64,000 nucleotides of DNA from Oscillospiraceae bacterium (GCA_902798695.1 CADBXK010000003.1:2849-66848), one strand, 5' to 3'; positions 40,617 to 50,516 are shown, counted from the first letter of the stretch. Notes: generated from the letters alone by a model not told the origin. A program made the numbers and translations.

Positions 40617-41783
40617 ATGGATTATTCTAAAATTATTTCTAACAAATTGCAGGGTATGGAGTGCTCTGGAATAAGAAAGTTTTTTGATATAGTTAATAAG
40701 ACTGACGGTGTTATTTCGTTAGGGGTGGGTGAACCAGATTTTAAGACTCCTTACAAAATCAGAAATAAAGTTATCAGTGTTTTAAAAGATGAACAAATAA
40801 AATACACGTCTAATAAAGGTAATATTGATTTGTTAAGAGGGATTTCTAAATATTTAGCTAGCAGAATAAATGTTAGCTATGATCCTAATCATGAGATTAT
40901 GGCAACTGTTGGTGGTTCGGAAGCTATAGATTTAACTGTTCGTTCTTTGATAAATCCAGGTGATGAAGTAATTATTATTGAACCTGCTTTTGTTTCTTAT
41001 AGACCTATTATTGAAATGAGCGGAGGGAACGTTGTAGAAATTGCTACTAGCATTGAAGACGAATTTCGCCTTAATCCTAAAGATTTGGAAAATGCTATAA
41101 CAAGTAAAACTAAATTATTGATATTATCTTTTCCTAACAATCCTACAGGTGCTATTATGTCTCGTAGTGATTTGAGCAAGATTGTGGATATTATACAAAA
41201 AACAAACATAATGGTAATTTCAGATGAAATATATTCGGAATTAACATATGGACAAGATCATGTTTCTATTGCTGAATTTGATGGTATGAAGGAACGGACT
41301 TTGATTATAAGTGGTTTTTCTAAAGCGTTCTCTATGACTGGATGGAGACTGGGCTATGTTGCAGGTCCTAAGGAAATTATATCTCATATGATAAAATTAC
41401 ATCAATATACTATTATGTGTGCGCCAACAATTAGTCAGATTGCTGCAATTGAAGCTTTAAGATCTTGTGATGAAGAAGTAAATTGGATGCGAGAGGAATA
41501 TAATAAACGTAGAAAATATGTTGTTAATGAGTTGAAAAAAATGGGTCTTAATTGTTTTGAGCCTTTTGGTGCGTTTTATGTTTTCCCTGATATTAGATCT
41601 ACTCATATGAGTTCGGATGAGTTTTGTGAAAAATTGCTTGAAGCAGAAAAAGTTGCTGTTGTTTCTGGAAGAGTGTTCGGCAAATGTGGAGAAGGATTTG
41701 TAAGAGTTTCTTATTGTTGTTCCATGGAAAATTTAATTGAAGCAATGAGAAGATTGAGAAGATTTGTTAAAAGTTTGATTTGA
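40617..41783 (+). CDS. Class I/II pyridoxal-phosphate-dependent aminotransferase (aspartate/aromatic type)
   Basis: NPTG and the SGFSKAFSMTGWRLGY PLP-lysine motif, with an overall length near 390 aa. The start was moved from 40500 to the ATG at 40617, because the upstream part is hydrophobic read-through of the promoter region. Confidence 0.85.
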   Translation: MDYSKIISNKLQGMECSGIRKFFDIVNKTDGVISLGVGEPDFKTPYKIRNKVISVLKDEQIKYTSNKGNIDLLRGISKYLASRINVSYDPNHEIMATVGGSEAIDLTVRSLINPGDEVIIIEPAFVSYRPIIEMSGGNVVEIATSIEDEFRLNPKDLENAITSKTKLLILSFPNNPTGAIMSRSDLSKIVDIIQKTNIMVISDEIYSELTYGQDHVSIAEFDGMKERTLIISGFSKAFSMTGWRLGYVAGPKEIISHMIKLHQYTIMCAPTISQIAAIEALRSCDEEVNWMREEYNKRRKYVVNELKKMGLNCFEPFGAFYVFPDIRSTHMSSDEFCEKLLEAEKVAVVSGRVFGKCGEGFVRVSYCCSMENLIEAMRRLRRFVKSLI

Positions 41784-41796
41784 GTGGGGATCTAGA

Positions 41797-42657
41797 ATGC
41801 AAGAATTAGTTTTAAAGGCATATGCTAAAATTAATTTGGCGTTGGCAATACAAAATAGACGACGTGATGGATATCATAATTTAAGCACAATTATGCAAAC
41901 TGTTTCAATCTATGATAGAGTTACGTTAAAAAAAAGTAATCAAATAACATGTAACATAAATGATGACTTTATTCCTAGTGGAGAAAAAAATATTGCATTT
42001 AAGGCCGCAAAAGTCTTTTTTGAGTTTACTGGAATTGATGCAGGTGTGGATATAGTTATTGACAAAAAGATTCCGTATGGAGCTGGTATGGGCGGAGGAA
42101 GTGCTGATGCTGCAGCTGTATTTTTAGGTTTAAATAAACTATATTGTGCAAATGTTAGTGAGAATTCACTTGTTCAGTTGGCATCTAAAGTTGGAGCAGA
42201 CGTTCCTTTTTTATTAAAAGGTGGTACCGCGTTAGCGGAAGGTATAGGGGAGATTATAACAAATATAAAACCATTGCCTGAGTGTAATATATTGATTGTT
42301 AAGCCAAGTATAAGTGTATCTACAGTGGATGCTTACAATGAGTATGATAAGCTTGCTGATGAAGCTAAAAATAGTGTGAATTATTTGATTCCTTATCTTG
42401 AACAAGGTGATTTGGATGGCCTTTGTTGTGGATTGTTTAATGATTTTGAAAGAGTTGTTGCTGGAACAACTATAAATAAAATAAAAGGCCAGATGATGGC
42501 AAGAGGCGCTCTGACAAGTTGTATGACCGGTTCTGGATCTGCTGTTTTTGGAATATATCGAGATTTTGAAACTGCAGATGGAGCTAGAATTGAATTTGAA
42601 AAAGGCGGATTTTTAAGTTTTGTATGTGAACCTGTGAAAAAATTATTGATTAATTGA
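41797..42657 (+). CDS. ispE: 4-diphosphocytidyl-2-C-methyl-D-erythritol kinase
   Basis: AKINLAL, the GHMP kinase motif PYGAGMGGGSADAAA, and TGSGSAVFG. Confidence 0.92.
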   Translation: MQELVLKAYAKINLALAIQNRRRDGYHNLSTIMQTVSIYDRVTLKKSNQITCNINDDFIPSGEKNIAFKAAKVFFEFTGIDAGVDIVIDKKIPYGAGMGGGSADAAAVFLGLNKLYCANVSENSLVQLASKVGADVPFLLKGGTALAEGIGEIITNIKPLPECNILIVKPSISVSTVDAYNEYDKLADEAKNSVNYLIPYLEQGDLDGLCCGLFNDFERVVAGTTINKIKGQMMARGALTSCMTGSGSAVFGIYRDFETADGARIEFEKGGFLSFVCEPVKKLLIN

Positions 42658-42675
42658 ATAAAACAGAAAAATTTG

Positions 42676-42714
42676 ACCACCCTTATTTTGAAAAATAAAA
42701 TAAGGGTGGTTTTT
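42676..42714 (+). terminator. Intrinsic terminator after ispE; its 3' arm contains the spoIIR Shine-Dalgarno sequence
   Basis: accacccttatttt / aaaataagggtggt forms a perfect 14-bp stem with a 7-nt loop, followed by TTTT and then directly by the spoIIR ATG at 42715. Confidence 0.75.
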
Positions 42715-43347
42715 ATGAAATATATTATATTAAATAAAGTAAAAATCTATAGAACAGAAATCGCAGTATTTATTGGGTTGCTTATTTCTATAGTTTGCTG
42801 TTTTGCTAACGTAGTAGGACAAAGTGAGGATATTAGCAATCACATACTAAGATTACATATATTAGCAAATTCAGATACAGAGGAAGACCAAAATTTAAAA
42901 TTGCAAGTTAGAGATGAGATATTGAATAGTTTTAATTTTGATTATTCTGATGATAGTAGTTTATATGAAATTGAAAATAAAGTTGATAATGAGCGGTCTA
43001 ATATAGAAAAAGTAGCTAAAGATGTTGTTGAAAAAGCGGGTTATACCTATGATGTTGAATCTGAATTGGTAAATATGTATTTTGATACGAGAGAATATGA
43101 TGATTTTGCTATGCCAGCAGGGAAATATGATGCATTACGAATAAAAATTGGTGAGGCAAAAGGGCATAATTGGTGGTGTGTTTTGGTTCCTTCTTTGTGC
43201 GTTCCTGCAGCTAATGGAGAAGTAAACGAAAAAATTGAGCATGTTTTTAGCGAACAACAACAAGATTTAATTGAAACAGGATGTAAAACTGAGGTGCGGT
43301 TTGCTGTTATAGAAATTTATGAGTATATAAAAAACCTATTTACTTAA
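42715..43347 (+). CDS. spoIIR: Stage II sporulation protein R
   Basis: A TM/signal segment, then ILRLHILANSDTEEDQNLKLQVRDEIL and GHNWWCVLVP, the SpoIIR signature pattern. Confidence 0.85.
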   Translation: MKYIILNKVKIYRTEIAVFIGLLISIVCCFANVVGQSEDISNHILRLHILANSDTEEDQNLKLQVRDEILNSFNFDYSDDSSLYEIENKVDNERSNIEKVAKDVVEKAGYTYDVESELVNMYFDTREYDDFAMPAGKYDALRIKIGEAKGHNWWCVLVPSLCVPAANGEVNEKIEHVFSEQQQDLIETGCKTEVRFAVIEIYEYIKNLFT

Positions 43348-44460
43348 ATCTTTTTGAGCTTGTTGAGACAAATATGCATTTATAAAGTTGTCTAAATCAC
43401 CGTCCATAACTGCCGATATATTTCCGTTTTCGCAATTGGTTCTGTGATCTTTTACTAAAGTGTATGGCATAAAAACATAGGATCGTATTTGAGAACCCCA
43501 TGCAATTTCTTTTTGTACTCCTTTTATATCCTCAATTTTTTCTAGGTGTTCTCGTTCTTTTATTTCTATAAGTTTTGATTTTAACATTTTCATTGCAATG
43601 GTTCTATTTTGTAACTGACTGCGTTCGTTTTGACATGATGTTACTATTCCTGTAGGAATATGGGTTAATCGGACTGCTGAAGAGGTTTTATTGACATGTT
43701 GACCACCTGCGCCGCTGGAACGGAAAACGTCCATTTTTATATCTTCGTCACGTATAGTAACGTCCATTGTTTCATCTATTTCCGGTAAAACTTCTGCTGA
43801 AGCAAATGAAGTGTGTCGTCTACCAGATGAATCAAAGGGAGATATTCTAACTAGTCTATGCACCCCAGATTCTGATTTTAAATATCCGTATGCATTTTGT
43901 CCCTCAATTAATAGAGAAATGCTTTTTATACCAGCTTCATCACCTGAAATGTAATCTAAAGTTTTTATTTTGAAGTTATGGCGTTCTGCCCATCTTGTAT
44001 ACATTCTAGAAAGCATTTCAACCCAATCCATAGCCTCTGTTCCACCAGCTCCGGCGTGTAGAGTGATTATTGCGTTTTTAGAATCATATTCTCCACTTAG
44101 TAGAGTTGATAATGTTTGTTCCTTTATTTCTTTGTCTATTTTATTTAGTGTTTGGTTCAGTTCGTCTGAAAGCGATTCATCATCTTCTTCTGTTAGCATT
44201 TCAAACATTGTTTCACAATCTTCCATCATTGTTTCTAAATTTGTGAATTTTGTTATCTTATCTTTCAGATATGTTGTTTTTTGCATAATTTGTTGTGCTG
44301 CTTGCATATCATCCCAAAAGTCTGTGGCTGTTGCTTTAGATTCTAATTTTTTTATTTTTTCTTTAAGATTATCTATGTTTAGTGAATCGCGTAATTGAGT
44401 AATTAATGGTTTATATTCTGATATTTTACCCTTAAATTCTTGATATTCAATAGCGTTCAT
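43336..44460 (-). CDS. prfB: Peptide chain release factor 2 (single uninterrupted ORF, no programmed frameshift)
   Basis: The SPF tripeptide in RISPFDSSGRRHTSFA and the GGQ motif in SGAGGQHVNKT. The N-terminus runs in frame through ...LRDSL-NIDNL..., where frameshifting prfB genes have CTT TGA. Confidence 0.93.
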   Translation of the reverse strand: MNAIEYQEFKGKISEYKPLITQLRDSLNIDNLKEKIKKLESKATATDFWDDMQAAQQIMQKTTYLKDKITKFTNLETMMEDCETMFEMLTEEDDESLSDELNQTLNKIDKEIKEQTLSTLLSGEYDSKNAIITLHAGAGGTEAMDWVEMLSRMYTRWAERHNFKIKTLDYISGDEAGIKSISLLIEGQNAYGYLKSESGVHRLVRISPFDSSGRRHTSFASAEVLPEIDETMDVTIRDEDIKMDVFRSSGAGGQHVNKTSSAVRLTHIPTGIVTSCQNERSQLQNRTIAMKMLKSKLIEIKEREHLEKIEDIKGVQKEIAWGSQIRSYVFMPYTLVKDHRTNCENGNISAVMDGDLDNFINAYLSQQAQKDLSK

Positions 44461-44662
44461 AATAAATTATATACCTCTTTTTTAAAATTTTTGATAATAT
44501 AATTATATTTATTTGTTAAACAAAAATCAATAGATTGTAGTTTGGTTTTTGCTCGAATTATTTTTATTTAATTTGGTTTGAATTTTTAACAGATATAAGT
44601 TATTATATAAAAATAGTAGGTATTCAAAAATTTATTAGCGAAAAATTAATACTTTTTTGTAA

Positions 44663-45967
44663 ATGATTTTCAGTTTATTCAAAGAAGGGATATGGTGTAA
44701 TGTGTTAAATACTAAAAAAATAAAAAGTGGGGTATATTTCCATAGTTTTGTTGATAAAAAATTTAAATTTAACAGAATTTCTGTAAATTTTGTAGTGAAA
44801 ATGGATTCAAAAGAAGTTTCACAAAATGCAATATTATCATTTTTGCTTAGAAAACGTTGTCAACAATATCCTAATATGTTAGATTTAGGGAAAAAACTTC
44901 AGCAATTATATGGTGCTAACCTGTTTAGTGGTTGTAAAAAGGTTGGAGATAATCAAATAATAACATTTGGAATATCTGCGTTGGATGATGAGTTATCTTT
45001 AAATGGAGAAAGTATAAGTAAACAAGTTGCAAAGCTTTTAGACTGTATTATTTTTGATCCTGTTATTGAATCGGGAAAATTTGTTAATGAAGATGTTGAT
45101 ATTGAAAAACAAAATTTAGTTGAGCTAGTTGAAAGTGAATATAATGACAAGAAACAATATGCTATGAATCAGGCGTTATATTGTCTATTTGATGGTGAAG
45201 GATATGGTTGTAATAAATATGGTGATGTTGATTCTATTAGAAAAGTTGAAAATTCACAATTGATTGAAGCATATAAAAAGATTTTGGAGTCAGCGGAAGT
45301 ACACATTATGTTTGTGGGAAGAGAAAATTATAGGGATTGCTTTGATGTGTTTAAAAATAGATTTGATTCTATAAATCGTAATAATGTATATATTTCACAA
45401 AATGAAAAATATGTGAAATTAGGTGAGTTGAAAAAGAAAGTTGAATATGATCAAGTTTTGCAATCTAAACTTGTATTGGGTTTTGCTAGTTCAAAAAAAT
45501 ATAATTCAAAATTAGATGATGTTATTATGATAATGACAGCTATATTAGGTGGAACACCAATGTCTAAGTTATTTGTTAATGTTAGAGAAAAATTGAGTTT
45601 GTGTTATTATTGTTCTGCTCGTTATGATTTATCTAAAGGTTTAATTTGGATTGAATCTGGAGTTGAAAATAAAAATGTTGAACGAGCTAAGACTGCTATT
45701 TTAGAACAATTTGAAGAAATAAAGAATGGTAATTTTTCGGATGAAGATCTTGAAAAAGTTATTATATTTTTTGAAAATGGCTTAAAGAGCACTTTTGACA
45801 GCCCTGGTGGTATTGAAAATTATTATTTATTACAGTTATGTGGAAATAATGTCAAATCGATTAGTGATAGGATAGATAACATTAAACGTATTAAAAAACA
45901 AGATATTATTGAAGTAGCTAACCTATATTCTTTAGTTATGGATTATGTTGTAACTTCGGAGGTTTAG
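44663..45967 (+). CDS. M16 (pitrilysin) family protein, non-catalytic partner (YmfF/YfmF-like)
   Basis: It has the M16 two-domain length, but the HxxEH position is degenerate (AILSFLLRKRC). It lies directly upstream of a catalytic M16 gene. The start is uncertain (ATG at 44663 or GTG near 44702). Confidence 0.65.
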   Translation: MIFSLFKEGIWCNVLNTKKIKSGVYFHSFVDKKFKFNRISVNFVVKMDSKEVSQNAILSFLLRKRCQQYPNMLDLGKKLQQLYGANLFSGCKKVGDNQIITFGISALDDELSLNGESISKQVAKLLDCIIFDPVIESGKFVNEDVDIEKQNLVELVESEYNDKKQYAMNQALYCLFDGEGYGCNKYGDVDSIRKVENSQLIEAYKKILESAEVHIMFVGRENYRDCFDVFKNRFDSINRNNVYISQNEKYVKLGELKKKVEYDQVLQSKLVLGFASSKKYNSKLDDVIMIMTAILGGTPMSKLFVNVREKLSLCYYCSARYDLSKGLIWIESGVENKNVERAKTAILEQFEEIKNGNFSDEDLEKVIIFFENGLKSTFDSPGGIENYYLLQLCGNNVKSISDRIDNIKRIKKQDIIEVANLYSLVMDYVVTSEV

Positions 45968-45970
45968 TAT

Positions 45971-47254
45971 ATGGAAAAAGTAGTTATTAAAAACGAAAAA
46001 TTAAGTGAAAAATATATTAAGTTTAAGCACAAAACTGGTCTTACAGTTTTATTATATCCTATGGAAGGATATTCAACTTCTACTGCTATTTTTGCTACAA
46101 AATATGGTTCTATAGATAGAACATTTAAAAAAAGCACAAGTAGTAGTTTTATTACAGTTCCTGATGGAATAGCTCATTATTTAGAACATAAACTTTTTGA
46201 AAATGAAGATGGTGTAGATACATTTGAGCTTTTTTCGAAAACAGGTGCTTCAGTAAATGCATATACGTCTTTTGATAGAACTGCATATTATTTTTCTTGT
46301 ACAGATAATTTTTGTGAGTCACTTAAAATTTTATTGAATTATGTACAGAATCCTTATTTTACGGATGAAACTGTTCAAAAAGAACAAGGTATTATTGGAC
46401 AAGAAATAAAAATGTATGAAGATGATCCTGACTGGAGGGTTTTCTTTAATTGTCTTGAAAATATGTATCATAATGTGGCGGTAAATGTAAATATTGCTGG
46501 AACTATTGAGTCTATTGCGGAAATAAACAAGGAAGTGTTATATGAGTGTTATAATACTTTTTACAATATGAACAATATGGTTCTTGTAATAGCGGGTCCT
46601 TTTGATATTGATTCGGCAATTGATATTATTCAGTCTGAAATTAAAGATAGCGATCCGGTTGAAATAGAAAGAAAAGTTGATTATGAACCTGATAGTGTGG
46701 TGAACTCTATTGTTGAGATTTCTCTTCCTGTTTCTCAACCTCAGTTTTGCATAGGGTATAAATTGAATGCTTTAAGTGGACTAGATATGTTAAAAGCAGA
46801 GATGATATATCAATTAATATGTGAATTGTTAGTTGGTGAGAGTTCAGAGTTATATAAAGACTTATATGATAGCGGACTTGTTGCTGGCGGAAATATGGAT
46901 TATGAAGTGTTTTGTGGAGAAGGATATTTTTCGCTAATATTTTCTGGAGAATCTTCTGATCCTAAGAAAGTTTTAAGTAAATTGAATTGTGAAATAGAAA
47001 ATAAAATAAAGACTGGTTTTGGAAATTCAGAATTTGATCTTGTAAAAAATGCGCTATACGGTTATTGTATGAATTGTTTTAATTCTCCGAATAGGGTTGC
47101 GAGAGAAGCGTTGGATTCGTTTATTTTCAAGTATGGTATTTATGATAAAATAAGCATTTTAGGAGAATTGAACTTAAAAGATATTAATGATAGTTTGAAG
47201 TTAATAAATATTAATCATTCCACACTTTCTATTGTTAATCCGCTGGAAGATTAG
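45971..47254 (+). CDS. M16 (pitrilysin) family zinc peptidase, catalytic partner (YmfH/YfmH-like)
   Basis: Intact inverted zinc motif GIAHYLEHKLFE (HxxEH) and the downstream glutamate region EQGIIGQEIKMYED. A GGAGG ribosome-binding site precedes it. Confidence 0.8.
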   Translation: MEKVVIKNEKLSEKYIKFKHKTGLTVLLYPMEGYSTSTAIFATKYGSIDRTFKKSTSSSFITVPDGIAHYLEHKLFENEDGVDTFELFSKTGASVNAYTSFDRTAYYFSCTDNFCESLKILLNYVQNPYFTDETVQKEQGIIGQEIKMYEDDPDWRVFFNCLENMYHNVAVNVNIAGTIESIAEINKEVLYECYNTFYNMNNMVLVIAGPFDIDSAIDIIQSEIKDSDPVEIERKVDYEPDSVVNSIVEISLPVSQPQFCIGYKLNALSGLDMLKAEMIYQLICELLVGESSELYKDLYDSGLVAGGNMDYEVFCGEGYFSLIFSGESSDPKKVLSKLNCEIENKIKTGFGNSEFDLVKNALYGYCMNCFNSPNRVAREALDSFIFKYGIYDKISILGELNLKDINDSLKLININHSTLSIVNPLED

Positions 47255-47289
47255 TTTGTTTTTTGGAGTTTTAATTGAATATACTTGAT

Positions 47290-47329
47290 AAAAATTCTGT
47301 GTAAAAGTTTTAAATTACACAGAATTTTT
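47290..47329 (+). terminator. Intrinsic terminator after the M16 pair
   Basis: aaaaattctgtgta / tacacagaattttt forms a perfect 14-bp stem ending in a T-run. Confidence 0.75.
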
Positions 47330-47461
47330 GTCGTGCATAGTATGTGCTTTGTGTTAAAAATTATCAAATAGTTAATAAAAAATTAATTGTTTGGTAATAT
47401 TTTTTTAATAAAATTGAACTCGAACGCGTTTTTTAAAATCAAAAAGGAGAAATTGAATAAA

Positions 47462-48667
47462 ATGTTTGAGTTTGGTTTTAAAAGAAAATTGTTTTTAAGA
47501 GTTTTTAGTTTGATAATGACTGTTTCGCTTTTTTTTAATATGGGTTTTAGTAATTGTTTTGCTATATCAGATTATGATAGAGCAATGATATTTAGTGAAT
47601 ATGTTATAGACAAATTAAATAAGAGTAAACTTGATTTGGCTGAATCTCTTAAAGTTAATAGTAGTAAGCTTTCTACTTGCTTTAAGGAAGTTCGTGTATA
47701 TGATGATGACAAAAAACAATTAATAAAAGATAGTATTGTTGAGCAAGAAGTATATAAAGATATAAAGGAAACTGTTGATAAATTGGTGGCAGAGATTGAT
47801 GAAAATGATAATGTAAAAAGAGCTTCTGCTATTTATGAGTGGATTTCTAAGAACATTAAATATGATTATTACTCTGAAAAAATTTCCAAATCTGAAGATA
47901 TGGCAACTCAAAGTGCATTTTGTGCTTTCAAATATAAAAAAGCTGTTTGTGATGGTTTTTCTCAATTATTGCAAATGATGATGCGATTGGCAAAAATACC
48001 TTGTAAATATATTTTGTCTATTTCACATAAAAATCCAAAGACTAACGAAGTGAGTAATCATGCTTTCAATGTAATTTATTTGAACGATGGACAACGTACT
48101 GGATGGACATTGTTGGACTCAACTTGGGCATCTTGTGCTTTACATGATAAAAACAAACACGATGATGATAGTGAAATTCTTAATAAGTTTTTTCCTGCAC
48201 TTGATAACAATAAATCTTTCAAGGAATCAAATATGAGTATTATGAGTATGGAAAGTCATAAAATTCAACATATAGGTGACGATTATTCTATAAAGCAGTC
48301 AGAAAAATTTGGTGACGATGAAATATTGATGTCTTCGTATATAGGAGACTTAAGATTAGTGTATATTCCAGGGCCTCTTAAAAGATCTAATGGATTTAGT
48401 ATTATAGTATCAAATGAACTATCTAAATTTAATATTCCGATTTTCTTCAAATATGAAGAATATAGATTTTATACAGCACCAGAAATTATTGTTGAAGGTA
48501 ATGTGGAAATCGATTTTAATAAGTGCAACAAAGACATATTAGATGACATAAAAGATAAATTGAATTTTGATAGATCAAATAAATATAAGTTTGATGAAAA
48601 AAATAAAAATATAGTTGTGGATAAAACAAGTGGAGAAGAAGTTTTTAACTTTAGTAATATTAATTAA
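47462..48667 (+). CDS. Secreted transglutaminase-like (Cys-His-Asp) protein
   Basis: Signal peptide, then KKAVCDGFSQLLQMMMRL ... SNHAFNVIYL ... LLDSTW. The ATG at 47462 follows AAGGAG, whereas the ORF track starts at 47387. Confidence 0.65.
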   Translation: MFEFGFKRKLFLRVFSLIMTVSLFFNMGFSNCFAISDYDRAMIFSEYVIDKLNKSKLDLAESLKVNSSKLSTCFKEVRVYDDDKKQLIKDSIVEQEVYKDIKETVDKLVAEIDENDNVKRASAIYEWISKNIKYDYYSEKISKSEDMATQSAFCAFKYKKAVCDGFSQLLQMMMRLAKIPCKYILSISHKNPKTNEVSNHAFNVIYLNDGQRTGWTLLDSTWASCALHDKNKHDDDSEILNKFFPALDNNKSFKESNMSIMSMESHKIQHIGDDYSIKQSEKFGDDEILMSSYIGDLRLVYIPGPLKRSNGFSIIVSNELSKFNIPIFFKYEEYRFYTAPEIIVEGNVEIDFNKCNKDILDDIKDKLNFDRSNKYKFDEKNKNIVVDKTSGEEVFNFSNIN

Positions 48668-48674
48668 AATAAAA

Positions 48675-48708
48675 AGATCTGAATATTAATGTATTCGGGT
48701 CTTTTTTT
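48675..48708 (+). terminator. Intrinsic terminator
   Basis: agatctgaata / tattcgggtct forms an 11-bp stem with two G-U pairs, followed by TTTTTTT. Confidence 0.7.
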
Positions 48709-48777
48709 ATTGTGAAAATATGCTATAATTAGTATTGATTGAAAATAAATATAAACTGTATAGAAAGGTGTTGTTAA

Positions 48778-49638
48778 ATGAGTTGGGTTGGATTTCCACA
48801 ATTAGGAATTGACAAATTATATATTTCTCCATATATTAACGTCTTTGGATTTAATATTTATTGGTATGGAATAATTATTGCTATAGGGATGTCACTTTCT
48901 GTTTTATATGCTTTTTTTAATGCGCATAAATTTGGTATCAATAAGGATAAAATGATTGATGTTATAATTATTGGAATTGTATTTGGAATATGTGGAGCCA
49001 GGCTATATTATGTCATATTTAGTTTTGATTCTTTTTCTGACAATTTTTGGAAAATTTTTGATTTGAGAACTGGTGGTTTAGCTATATATGGTGGCATAAT
49101 ATGTGCATTTATATCTGGCTTTTTGGCTTGTAAATATAAAAAAATTAAGTTTTTGCCTTTAGCAGATATTGCTAGTATTGGATTTTTGTTAGGACAAGGA
49201 ATAGGAAGATGGGGGAATTTTGTTAATATAGAAGCATATGGCTCTCATACTAATTTGCCGTGGGGAATGACTTCTAATGAGATACCGGTTGATCTTCAAC
49301 CTGTACATCCGACATTTTTATATGAGTCTATATGGTGTATTTTAGGTTTTGTTATTTTCAATTTATTATTGAAATATAGAAAGTTTGATGGACAAGTTTT
49401 ACTTATGTATTTAACCTGGTATGGTTTTGAAAGATTTTTTGTTGAAGGGTTGAGAACAGATAGTTTATGGTTGATTCCAAATGTTATTAGAGTATCTCAA
49501 CTTATATCAATAATTTTGTTTGTTTTTTCAATAATAACATTGGTGTATATTTTGTTTTTTTATATGAAAAAACATAGCGATAAAGAGTATCTTTATGTAA
49601 ATACTCAAGAATATAAAAATAGTTTATTAAAAAAATAA
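48778..49638 (+). CDS. lgt: Prolipoprotein diacylglyceryl transferase
   Basis: YWYGIIIA, GGLAIYGG, GRWGNFVNIEAYG and HPTFLYES motifs in a polytopic membrane protein. Confidence 0.92.
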   Translation: MSWVGFPQLGIDKLYISPYINVFGFNIYWYGIIIAIGMSLSVLYAFFNAHKFGINKDKMIDVIIIGIVFGICGARLYYVIFSFDSFSDNFWKIFDLRTGGLAIYGGIICAFISGFLACKYKKIKFLPLADIASIGFLLGQGIGRWGNFVNIEAYGSHTNLPWGMTSNEIPVDLQPVHPTFLYESIWCILGFVIFNLLLKYRKFDGQVLLMYLTWYGFERFFVEGLRTDSLWLIPNVIRVSQLISIILFVFSIITLVYILFFYMKKHSDKEYLYVNTQEYKNSLLKK

Positions 49639-49658
49639 AAAAGTAGGGGTGTTTTATT

Positions 49659-50510
49659 TTGGCTAATATAATTAATGGTAAATTAGTTGCACAACAAGTG
49701 AAAGAGAATGTTAGAAATGAAGTTGAACAATTAAAAAATTCTGGAGTTGATATTTGTTTGGCTGTCGTTTTGGTGGGTAATGATCCAGCATCTAAGGTTT
49801 ATGTTAGAAACAAAAAGTTAGCTTGTGAAAAAGTTGGAATAATATCTAAAGAAATACTTTTTGATGAAAATATTTCGCAAATTGAGCTAGTTTCTGCTAT
49901 AAAAGATTTAAATAATAACAATAAAATTAATGGTATATTGGTTCAGCTTCCTTTACCTAAACATCTAGATGAAAAAGAAATTATTCGATCGATAGATCCT
50001 ATGAAAGATGTTGATGCCTTTCATCCTGTAAATGTGGGAAAAATAATGATTGGAGAATATGATTTTTTACCTTGTACGCCGGCAGGAATAGTTGACTTGA
50101 TAGATTCTACGGGAATTGATATATGTGGTAAAAATTGTGTTGTTGTTGGTAGAAGTAACATTGTTGGCAAACCAATGACAATGTTATTGCTTAATAGACA
50201 TGGCACTGTGACTGTTTGTCATTCAAAAACCAATAATTTAATTGATTTTACTAAAAATGCGGATATTTTGGTTGCGGCAGTGGGAATTCCTAATTTTATT
50301 ACTGCGGATATGGTTAAACCTGATGCAGTTGTTATTGATGTTGGAATAAACAGAATGCAAGATGGTAGCTTGTGTGGCGATGTTGATTTTTCAAATGTTG
50401 AAAAAGTAGCAGGATATATTACTCCTGTTCCAGGTGGAGTTGGTCCTATGACAATAGCTAAATTAATGGAAAATACTTTGAGAGCAGCTAAGAAACAAAA
50501 TTCAATTTAA
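49659..50510 (+). CDS. folD: Bifunctional methylenetetrahydrofolate dehydrogenase / methenyltetrahydrofolate cyclohydrolase
   Basis: VGNDPASKVYVRNK, GILVQLPLP, VVGRSNIVGKP and PVPGGVGPMT. The TTG start follows GGGGTG. Confidence 0.93.
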   Translation: MANIINGKLVAQQVKENVRNEVEQLKNSGVDICLAVVLVGNDPASKVYVRNKKLACEKVGIISKEILFDENISQIELVSAIKDLNNNNKINGILVQLPLPKHLDEKEIIRSIDPMKDVDAFHPVNVGKIMIGEYDFLPCTPAGIVDLIDSTGIDICGKNCVVVGRSNIVGKPMTMLLLNRHGTVTVCHSKTNNLIDFTKNADILVAAVGIPNFITADMVKPDAVVIDVGINRMQDGSLCGDVDFSNVEKVAGYITPVPGGVGPMTIAKLMENTLRAAKKQNSI

Positions 50511-50516
50511 TGTTGT

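Noticed and set aside
44461-44662. The 200-nt AT-rich region upstream of the M16 peptidase pair as a possible riboswitch or T-box.
   Set aside because: I could not find a specifier/T-box motif, a terminator-antiterminator pair or any conserved riboswitch core. It is probably just a promoter region shared with divergent prfB.
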